Virus record (IMG/VR): IMGVR_UViG_2778261453_000008
DNA from: a virus
Taxonomy: Duplodnaviria > Heunggongvirae > Uroviricota > Caudoviricetes
Length of the DNA stretch: 6,252 bases
Direction: 5' to 3' (one strand)
Below are positions 1 to 5,771 of the stretch, piece by piece. The stretch's first letter is position 1. Each line of letters begins with the position of its first letter. Made by a program: the position numbers and the translations under genes. The notes below the pieces were generated by a model. That model was not told where the DNA came from. It did no database searches and saw only the letters and a program-made list of their open reading frames with translations.

Positions 1-330
1 GTGCCTGTCGTAGCGGCGTATTTCGCCGTCTGGTAACGACCAGATAAGGTCCGGATCAACCACTGCAGGTTTCTTCACCTTTGCCCTTGAGAGTTTTTTG
101 CGGGCATTTTGCCAGTCCTTACGAGCCTGTTCAGACGGGAATAACCCGTAACCAGAGTTGTATACATCGCCACTGGCAACCAGCTCTCTGGCAAGAACGC
201 TCATCAGATATCTTGTCGCACCTGTCTTGGCTTCCAGTTGCCGTAACGTCTCGCGCCCACTCCGGCGTACTAGCTCAACAACCTGCCCTTTAATTTTTTC
301 TCGCTCTTCTTGTGTAAATACTTTTGCCAT
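1..330 (-). CDS. Hypothetical prophage protein, 5' end complete, 3' end beyond the window (first 110 codons)
   Basis: ATG at 330..328 (minus) preceded by GGAGG with a 5-nt spacer (plus 336..340). The frame is open over all 110 codons to position 1, so it is absent from the ORF track only because no stop lies in the window. Begins MAKVFTQEEREKIKGQVVELVRRSG... It lies 15 nt after the stop of the upstream minus-strand gene, so same operon. Function not recognised. Confidence 0.5.
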   Translation of the reverse strand, partial: MAKVFTQEEREKIKGQVVELVRRSGRETLRQLEAKTGATRYLMSVLARELVASGDVYNSGYGLFPSEQARKDWQNARKKLSRAKVKKPAVVDPDLIWSLPDGEIRRYDRH

Positions 331-345
331 AAGCGCCTCCGGCTA

Positions 346-1116
346 TCACTTTTCCGACACAATACGACTGGAGGAATCGACAATCTGTCGAACAATATCC
401 CGGTGCTTGTTCAGCTCCCGCAACGCGGCGCAGACTCGCTCCCACTTCTGAACATCACTTTTCGCCCTGCGCAGCGCCAGGTTTGCCCTGCGCAGGGACG
501 GAAAAATCAGCTCATCTGCTTGCGTTTCGGTAAACGATGGCAACGACTGCACAATGTCCGCCACAGTTTCTGTTTTAATTTCTTCCTGTGTTGCGGCTTC
601 CCGGACTGGTAACGCAGCACCTGCTGGCTGAGGAAAGGCCTTACCATCACTTTCCGTTACCAGCGCGGCTTTCGACTCTGCTGGTAAATTATCGCCCGGC
701 ATGCAGTAACGAAATTTACCGTTCTGATTAACGCGTGCCAGCCGCCCCGTTGCGGTTACCACCGCCAGCGTGGAAGCAACCTTGCGAGTACTGACACCGA
801 ACTTACCCGCCAGTTCCTCACACGTTTTAGCCCCATCCTGACCGATAAACTCAATCATCATGTCTGCGGTAACTTTTTGTTCGACCTCCCCGGTCAGCAT
901 ATCCTGTGCTTCAGATTTTACTGGCCGCTCTTCGGTTACCCGGGATTCACCTTCGCCAGCCAGAAACCAGGTGTGACCAGTTTTATCAACGACGCCATTT
1001 CTTTTGAGTTACCACAGCTCGTTGACAGCCTCTTCACGACTGATTCCAAGGCGAGCTGCCACCACATGTGAAGAGGCTTTTTTCAGTGCTTTCAGTGCGT
1101 CAGATACGGTTTCCAT
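346..1116 (-). pseudogene. DUF1627/YdaW-position prophage protein interrupted by an in-frame TAA (ochre) at 1011..1009; the intact C-terminal 184-codon ORF is 346..900
   Basis: ATG at 1116..1114 with GGAGG 4-5 nt upstream (plus 1123..1127) and 22 nt after the DnaC-like stop. It reads 35 codons ([35 protein letters not shown]), then TAA at 1011..1009, then continues in the same frame for 36 codons into the track ORF 346..900. The ATG at 900 has no good SD (AGGA only 1 nt upstream), so independent initiation is unlikely. Assignment to the YdaW position is by synteny, not sequence recall. Confidence 0.55.
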
Positions 1117-1137
1117 TAAAATTTCCTCCGGACAAAA

Positions 1138-1884
1138 TTACTTCACAACCCTCATATTGCTGACATTTGGACGCCAGCTATCCCAGTTAAACGTCACCCA
1201 TCGACCACCGTTCATGGTCATGCGGTCCATAATCCTCTCACCAAGAAGCGTACTCATTGCGGCATGATTCAGGTTTGTTAACATCCCGACACTGCACAGT
1301 GATGCTGTCCGGCGATCAATTATCTGGTGCAATACCACCTGCTCGTTTTTCGTCTCCCGCTGAACGCCTATTTCATCCAGGACCAGCAAATCAACCCCGC
1401 AAAGCTCCTGTAAAAATTTTTCCCCGGATTTGCCGTTGTCGTAGCTGTCATGCAACACGCTCATGACGTCAGACACGGTGACGATAATCACGCTGCGCCC
1501 CTTCACCATCAGCCGGTTGCCCATCGCCGCTGCAAGGTGATTTTTCCCGGTGCCGGTTTTACCGCTGAACACAAAATTCGTGCACCCGGTCATCAGTTCG
1601 TCAGCTATGGATTTGGCCTGGCTCAGCGCGTATTTTTGCCCGTCGTTCTGCACCTGATAATTTGCAAACGAGCATTTGCTGTGCAGAGGCTGGATGCCCG
1701 AACGATTCAGGATTTTTTCCACCCGCAACTGGCGATTCTGGCGGTTAATCTCCTCGCTGCGTTTTCGTCCTTCAGCAAGTTGCCATTCCCGCCACTCCTC
1801 CACCGTCCGGTACGGTGGAACCGACCCCTGTGGTGCAAGTCTGCGAATACGTTCAAGAACCCCAACTGCCGCAATGTTTTTCAT
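1138..1884 (-). CDS. DnaC-like replicative helicase loader (AAA+ ATPase; lambda P functional analogue, Rac YdaV position)
   Basis: 248-aa ORF with a DnaC-type Walker A (FSGKTGTGKNHLAAA) and Walker B (DLLVLDEIG). ATG at 1884..1882 lies 6 nt after the O-like stop (1891..1893), suggesting translational coupling. Confidence 0.9.
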   Translation of the reverse strand: MKNIAAVGVLERIRRLAPQGSVPPYRTVEEWREWQLAEGRKRSEEINRQNRQLRVEKILNRSGIQPLHSKCSFANYQVQNDGQKYALSQAKSIADELMTGCTNFVFSGKTGTGKNHLAAAMGNRLMVKGRSVIIVTVSDVMSVLHDSYDNGKSGEKFLQELCGVDLLVLDEIGVQRETKNEQVVLHQIIDRRTASLCSVGMLTNLNHAAMSTLLGERIMDRMTMNGGRWVTFNWDSWRPNVSNMRVVK

Positions 1885-1890
1885 GACACG

Positions 1891-2853
1891 TCACCCCCTG
1901 AATCCCGGCGGTATTTCAGTGTCCGGTTCAGAAATGTGATTCACGCAACGCTGCGCGGGCGAACGCCCCAGGCGGATAACCAGTTCATCCCATTTTTCCC
2001 GGAGTTTTGCCGGACTCATGATGTTTTTTACCCAGAACGAATCCCGCTGGAGACGCCCAAACATTTCACAAATTTGTCTGTGAGTTCTGCCATCCAGCAT
2101 CCGCATTGTGCGAACGTCATTGGCCCATGCAGTCCAGTTGGGTTCTTTCGGTCTAGTGATCTCGCCATCATCGCTGGCCGCCTGCTCGTAAAGACTCACG
2201 ATTCGTCCCCAGATCCACTGTGCGCACACCAAATCTTCCTGACTTCCCCACTGGCGTTTTTTCGCACTGAACACAACCGCGTCAGGGTGTCGGGTTAAAA
2301 AATCCTGTTCAGCCGTCTGCGGGTCCGGTTGCGAAGCGTCCGGACAAGAAGATCTTTTATCTGACGGATCAGGTTTTAATACTGACGGATCGGGGTCAAT
2401 CATCGCCCCCCTAATCGGCAGTTTTTTATCAACAGTTGATCCATCAAAATTTGACGGGTCAACCGTTGAGGGGTCAATATTTGACGGGTCAACTGTTAAC
2501 GGGTCATTTTTTGCCGGGCTAATTTTTCTTTTCGGTTTATATGACTCACGCGCCGCCGCAGCAGCTGCTTCGAGTTTTTCCACATTAAGCCGATAGATAT
2601 TGCTTACATTACGCCCACCGACCTTACGCTCTTCCTTCGTCAGCCAGCCCTCTTTCGCCAGTTCTGCAATAGCCGATTTCACTGTGGATTCACTTCTTGC
2701 ACCGATCTGACGCCGGATAGTTTCAATGGCAGGCCATGACACGCCCTCGTCATTGCTGTAGTCTGCAAGACGGGCCATAACCGCCACCCTGGATAAGATC
2801 ATGCCGGTGAAGGCGCACCCTTCCCAGACAAGACCATGAAGCTTGCTGCTCAT
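1891..2853 (-). CDS. Phage replication initiator, lambda O-like (Rac YdaU position), with ori iterons inside the coding sequence
   Basis: Long minus-strand ORF. The N-terminal part resembles a winged-helix DNA-binding domain (...LADYSNDEGVSWPAIETIRRQIG...KSAIAELAKEGWL...). The central linker is a periodic peptide (DPSNIDPSTVDPSNFDGSTVD) encoded by the iteron array. The track starts at GTG 2868; I prefer ATG 2853..2851, which has a GGGGG SD 4 nt upstream, while the GTG has none. Confidence 0.85.
   Translation of the reverse strand: MSSKLHGLVWEGCAFTGMILSRVAVMARLADYSNDEGVSWPAIETIRRQIGARSESTVKSAIAELAKEGWLTKEERKVGGRNVSNIYRLNVEKLEAAAAAARESYKPKRKISPAKNDPLTVDPSNIDPSTVDPSNFDGSTVDKKLPIRGAMIDPDPSVLKPDPSDKRSSCPDASQPDPQTAEQDFLTRHPDAVVFSAKKRQWGSQEDLVCAQWIWGRIVSLYEQAASDDGEITRPKEPNWTAWANDVRTMRMLDGRTHRQICEMFGRLQRDSFWVKNIMSPAKLREKWDELVIRLGRSPAQRCVNHISEPDTEIPPGFRG
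2361..2520. repeat. Iteron array (putative prophage origin of replication) with adjacent AT-rich stretch
   Basis: Six tandem 15-bp units start at 2436, 2451, 2466, 2481, 2496 and 2511 (ttgatccatcaaa / ttgacgggtcaac / ttgaggggtcaat / ttgacgggtcaac / ttaacgggtcatt / ttgccgggct), each with internal dyad symmetry TTGAC..GTCAA. Two related copies, ctgacggatc, lie at 2361..2370 and 2382..2391. An AT-rich stretch follows at about 2505..2550. Confidence 0.65.
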
Positions 2854-2875
2854 AAAACCCCCGAACACCGTGCTT

Positions 2876-3301
2876 TTAGTGCATCACCACAGCATTCCCT
2901 GCAGGGCCGCCGCGATTCATCTGGTCATACAAAACAACCGCTGACGCAACAAAATCATCGACATCCTTCACCAGCCGATCCCTCCGTTCGACGATCTCAC
3001 GGTAATATTCAGAACTGTGGCTGCGCATACGGGCCACCAGCAAAGGCGGCATCGCCTTTTCGATTGCCGGTAACAGAGCCTGCATTTTTTCAACAGCATC
3101 AGGGGTGTCTTTATCCAGCCAACGGAAAATTTTCTGGGTATTACGGGCCAGGGCTTCCGGATGGCTGTCGTCATACAGTTCCGGGAACGTCATTCCCAGT
3201 TCGAAATACGCTTTGGTAATTTTCGCAGCCGGTATTTTTTCGCCGTCCGGATGCGCCCAGGCATTCATCGCCATGCGGATGTGTTCATGCTTGATTTTCA
3301 T
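2876..3301 (-). CDS. ydaT: YdaT-like protein (Rac-type, toxic when derepressed)
   Basis: 141-aa ORF starting MKIKHEHI..., which matches my recollection of YdaT in length and N-terminus. ATG at 3301..3299 has an AGGAG SD (plus 3309..3313 reverse-complemented). It overlaps the end of the upstream ydaS-like gene by 17 nt. Confidence 0.8.
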   Translation of the reverse strand: MKIKHEHIRMAMNAWAHPDGEKIPAAKITKAYFELGMTFPELYDDSHPEALARNTQKIFRWLDKDTPDAVEKMQALLPAIEKAMPPLLVARMRSHSSEYYREIVERRDRLVKDVDDFVASAVVLYDQMNRGGPAGNAVVMH

Positions 3302-3566
3302 GAATCAAGCTCCTAGTAAGTGGTTGTGTTAACGTTTTGGTATCTTCCAGCTCGGGCCAAATATTCATCCAATCAAAAGGCCTTAGTTGCTGACGTGTAA
3401 CTTCACCATTACTGGCTCGCTCAATAAGGACACATAACGATGCCCCTAACATTTGACCTTTACTCAATGCCTTTCTTAGATAACCGATGCTAGTACCACA
3501 CTCACATGCAAACATACGCTGTTCATCTGACGAAAGAGAATTGAGAAATATTCTTAATTCTTCCAT
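3285..3566 (-). CDS. ydaS: YdaS-like Cro/CI-type HTH protein (Cro analogue of Rac-type prophages)
   Basis: 93-aa ORF with a C-terminal segment (...LCVLIERASNGEVTRQQLRPFDW...) typical of the YdaS family. ATG at 3566..3564 has an AAGGAG SD 5 nt upstream. It is divergent from the repressor gene and first in the replication operon. Confidence 0.8.
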   Translation of the reverse strand: MEELRIFLNSLSSDEQRMFACECGTSIGYLRKALSKGQMLGASLCVLIERASNGEVTRQQLRPFDWMNIWPELEDTKTLTQPLTRSLIHENQA

Positions 3567-3666
3567 AGCTACTCCTTAGTAAACACAGCAAAGGATACCT
3601 ACAGGTAAACAAAAGTCAATACCCTTGGGTTGTTTACCTTGCGGTAATCGCATCTATTATTTACCT
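3567..3666. promoter_or_regulatory. Divergent promoter/operator region between the ydaS-like and repressor genes
   Basis: Two palindromic sites of form (A/T)TACC-N4-GGTAA: O1 at 3595..3608 (ATACCtacaGGTAA) and O2 at 3634..3647 (TTACCttgcGGTAA), plus a half-site TTACC at 3661..3665 abutting the repressor ATG. Candidate minus-strand promoter for ydaS: -35 TTGACT (plus 3614..3619 reverse-complemented), 16-nt spacer, -10 TATCCT (plus 3592..3597 reverse-complemented), overlapping O1. Confidence 0.55.
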
Positions 3667-4086
3667 ATGGACAAATATGAATTTAGACGACAACAACTCA
3701 TCAAAATTCGTGATGAGAAATGCGATGGTAAAGCGGTTAACGTGGCCAGAAAGATCGGTCGCGAGCCTTCTTATGTATCAAGAATGTTGTACCCAGAGGG
3801 GAAAAAAGGAAAAAAACGGATCGCTGATGATATGGTGGAGATTATAGAAGAGTCCTTTGGGTTACCCCGGGGATGGATGGATGGTATCGTTTCATCATCA
3901 ACGAACACAGCCTCCAATTATGAAACAAGGGTTCTAACGCCACGACAACGTATTTTTTTAGATCTCTTAGACGAACTGCCAGAAAGTGAAGCGGATAACT
4001 TATTAAAAACTCTTGAAGAGAAAAAACAGTATTACAATATGATCTACGAAGAAATCCGTAAAAAGAAAGCACAAAACGCATCATAA
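3667..4086 (+). CDS. Prophage immunity repressor, RacR/DicA-like (N-terminal HTH, C-terminal ELPESE-type domain)
   Basis: 139-aa ORF from ATG 3667 (MDKYEFRRQQLIKIRDEK...KAVNVARKIGREPSYVSRM...). The C-terminal ...LDELPESEADNLLKTLEE... resembles DicA/RacR-type repressors. It is divergent from the cro-like ydaS and AT-rich. The track ORF begins at an upstream TTG (3625) with no SD, so ATG 3667 is preferred. Confidence 0.8.
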   Translation: MDKYEFRRQQLIKIRDEKCDGKAVNVARKIGREPSYVSRMLYPEGKKGKKRIADDMVEIIEESFGLPRGWMDGIVSSSTNTASNYETRVLTPRQRIFLDLLDELPESEADNLLKTLEEKKQYYNMIYEEIRKKKAQNAS

Positions 4087-4120
4087 CTCACCAAACAACC
4101 AGTCACCAGTCAAGATACAT

Positions 4121-4168
4121 CAAAAAAAAATTACCCGTGGGTATTTACTTTTTGAATACCCACGGGTA
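4121..4168 (-). terminator. Rho-independent terminator hairpin, canonical on the minus strand (possibly bidirectional)
   Basis: Perfect 14-bp inverted repeat, tacccgtgggtatt (4132..4145) and aatacccacgggta (4155..4168), with a 9-nt loop. Plus-strand A9 at 4122..4130 gives a U9 tract right after the stem on the minus strand. On the plus strand the stem is followed only by tccttcctttc, so it is weaker for the repressor transcript. Confidence 0.6.
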
Positions 4169-4354
4169 TCCTTCCTTTCATACCAACCCACCCCGTCCCA
4201 CAGAACGCAGGGCAATACCTAGAGTTACCCGGCAGTGGTCAGGGGTTAAGTAGCCAGCCCGAGGCGTATGAACATGACGGCGGGAACACTTTATATAACA
4301 GCGCAGCAGGTTTTTAGTTCCGCTACCCCGGCGTTAAGGGGAAATGAGGTCAAC

Positions 4355-4507
4355 ATGGATACGCTCAATCTTGGCAACAACGAATCTCTGGTGTGCGGCG
4401 TGTTCCCAAACCAGGACGGTACGTTCACCGCAATGACGTATACCAAAAGCAAAACGCTTAAAACCGAATCTGGCGCGCGTCGCTGGTTAGCCAGAAACAC
4501 TGACTGA
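4355..4507 (+). CDS. Small conserved prophage protein, 50 aa (Rac YdaF/YdaG-like position)
   Basis: ATG 4355 with a GAGG SD (4346..4349) and 5-nt spacer; product MDTLNLGNNESLVCGVFPNQDGTFTAMTYTKSKTLKTESGARRWLARNTD. The track extends the frame up to ATG 4268, but that extension has rare codons (ATA, AGG, GGA) and contains a -10-like TATATA/TATAAC at 4293..4300, so I read it as promoter/5' UTR. Confidence 0.55.
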   Translation: MDTLNLGNNESLVCGVFPNQDGTFTAMTYTKSKTLKTESGARRWLARNTD

Positions 4508-4518
4508 TGAGGTTGACG

Positions 4519-4893
4519 ATGGAATTTAAAGATTTACCAATACCATTTCAGGAAATGGCAGCGAATATAGTTCGTTCTCAATTGGCTACTCTTGACCTGA
4601 GTACCGTAGAAAAAGAAACCATCGATAATATATCCGGTAACGTGCGCCGAGCCTTTATCGGGCTATACGAAGAGAAGCAGCTCTCTGATAACCAGGATTT
4701 ACATGAAAAATACTTTCTGGAATTAATGGACATCATTAATAAGGGATTTGGCCTGTTAATGAAAAAGAAAGGGATTCGAATAGCCCCCCTTGAAAATCAT
4801 TTTACAGCAAGCAGTATTAATTCCTGTGATTTAAAGCATCACACATCCGATAGGAAAGTTGAATCCACCTATAAAATATCAATTAATCATTAA
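4519..4893 (+). CDS. Hypothetical protein, AT-rich moron in the immunity region (124 aa; 128 aa if started at ATG 4507)
   Basis: ORF immediately after the small ORF. ATG 4507 overlaps its TGA by 1 nt, and ATG 4519 has a GAGG SD (4510..4513) with 5-nt spacer. GC is about 37% in a 119-nt sample I counted, versus about 58% in a sample of the DnaC-like gene. No transmembrane segment or recognisable motif; ends ...TSDRKVESTYKISINH. Confidence 0.6.
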   Translation: MEFKDLPIPFQEMAANIVRSQLATLDLSTVEKETIDNISGNVRRAFIGLYEEKQLSDNQDLHEKYFLELMDIINKGFGLLMKKKGIRIAPLENHFTASSINSCDLKHHTSDRKVESTYKISINH

Positions 4894-5343
4894 TTTATTC
4901 ACGGGTGAGATAGAGTGCGTGCGCCGGACACGGGTGAGCATCCGGCACTGACAGTTTACTGAAAGGATATTTCCCTGAAAAGTCAGACCATAACGCGAAA
5001 GCGTACGGCGAGGTAGCTGGTTCATAGATAGCCTGTCGTTAAATTTTGACCGTGCGCTTCCGGTTGTGGCAATCCGCGAAATGGCGCGGCGGTAAGTATG
5101 GCGGGGTTATTCCTTCCCCGTTGAGGACACCGGGTTGTCAGGTTGACCATACGCTTAAGTGACAACCACGCTGCAACGCCCTCTGTTATCAATTTTCTGG
5201 TGACGTTTGGCGGTATCAGTTCTACTCCGTGACTGCTCTGCCGCCCTTTTTAAAGTGAATTTTGTGATGCGGTGAATGCGGCTAAGCGCACGCGGAACAG
5301 TTAAAACCAAAAACAGTGTTATGGGTGGGTTCTCTGTATCCGG

Positions 5344-5388
5344 CGTTAATTGTTAACTGGTTAACGTCACCTGGAGGCACCAGGCACC
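5344..5388. promoter_or_regulatory. Repeat cluster upstream of kilR (putative regulatory site)
   Basis: Three tandem 8-bp units GTTAAYTG at 5344, 5352 and 5360 (gttaattg / gttaactg / gttaacgt), with GTTAACTGGTTAAC near-palindromic. Then a tandem 7-bp repeat aggcacc-aggcacc at 5375..5388, flanked by the inverted pair cctgg / ccagg. Function not established. Confidence 0.3.
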
Positions 5389-5425
5389 GCATCAACAAAG
5401 TTCATTTGTAAAAATGGAGATAATT

Positions 5426-5647
5426 ATGATTGCTCATCACTTCGGAACTGATGAGATTCCTCGTCAGTGCGTGACTCCCGGTGATTATGTTATTCATAAA
5501 GGAAGAACATATATTGCTTCGGTAAACAACATTAAAAAACAACGGCTCTATATTCGTGATTTTTCCACACAACACTGTATTAAGGAAACCATGATTAAAG
5601 TCTTCCTTGGTCGTGATGGTTTACCTGTAAAAGCAGAGTCATGGTGA
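5426..5647 (+). CDS. kilR: KilR-like killing protein (Rac-type cell-division inhibitor)
   Basis: 73-aa [35 protein letters not shown]...[18 protein letters not shown], matching my recollection of Rac KilR in length and sequence character. GGAG SD at 5416..5419 with 6-nt spacer to ATG 5426. The track ORF starts 4 codons upstream at ATG 5414, which has no SD. Confidence 0.8.
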   Translation: MIAHHFGTDEIPRQCVTPGDYVIHKGRTYIASVNNIKKQRLYIRDFSTQHCIKETMIKVFLGRDGLPVKAESW

Positions 5648-5771
5648 GCAGTAATAAAATAACTGCCACAATACGACATTCAGCTTAATGAATACATCAG
5701 ATTTGATTCTTATATGCCAGCAATGGCAGGGATTTGTTCATCCTTAAATATATCATGAGGTTAAAACAAAA

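Noticed and set aside
81-612. Plus-strand track ORFs 81..293, 158..451 and 310..612
   Set aside because: They are antisense to the minus-strand genes at 1..330 and 346..900, which have good SDs and operon spacing. Their products are Cys/His/Arg-rich with no start signals, so they are shadow ORFs.
877-2298. Plus-strand track ORFs 877..1071, 1004..1267, 1257..1466, 1450..2298 and 1676..1939
   Set aside because: They lie wholly antisense to the DUF1627-like, DnaC-like and O-like genes. The 282-aa ORF is a typical long shadow frame opposite a GC-rich gene, and the DnaC-type Walker motifs are on the minus strand.
2436-2520. Regular short direct repeats that could suggest a CRISPR array
   Set aside because: The period is 15 bp with no unique spacers, and the repeats lie inside an initiator gene next to an AT-rich stretch. 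These are replication iterons, not CRISPR.
2836-3332. Track ORFs 2836..3219 (+), 2968..3174 (-) and 3105..3332 (+)
   Set aside because: They overlap the ydaT-like gene, which has a strong SD and a family-typical N-terminus. None has a convincing start signal.
3625-3666. Upstream TTG start extending the repressor ORF to 153 aa (MGCLPCGNRIYYLP...)
   Set aside because: It has no SD, the extension overlaps the operator and promoter motifs, and the ATG at 3667 gives a typical repressor N-terminus.
3842-4084. Minus-strand track ORF of 80 aa inside the repressor gene
   Set aside because: It is antisense to a well-supported repressor CDS and has no start signals.
4268-4354. Extension of the small ORF to 79 aa from ATG 4268 or 4274
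   Set aside because: The extension is rich in rare codons and contains a -10-like TATATA. The ATG at 4355 has a properly spaced GAGG and gives a 50-aa product of the length expected for YdaF/YdaG-type small proteins. This is not fully excluded.
4291-4500. Minus-strand track ORF of 69 aa
   Set aside because: It is antisense to the small plus-strand ORF and has no SD. The terminator at 4121..4168 does keep open the possibility of some minus-strand transcription here, but not of this ORF being a protein.
4894-5413. Search for a lambda-type nut site (boxA CGCTCTTA / boxB hairpin) and for an N-like antiterminator gene
   Set aside because: ttccctgaaaag near 4973 superficially recalls boxB but forms no hairpin, and no N-like ORF is present. 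Rac-type prophages are not expected to use N antitermination.
5648-5666. Short hairpin gcagt-N9-actgc immediately after the kilR stop, as a possible terminator
   Set aside because: The stem is only 5 bp and AT-poor, with no U tract following. kilR is more likely co-transcribed with the downstream ORF.
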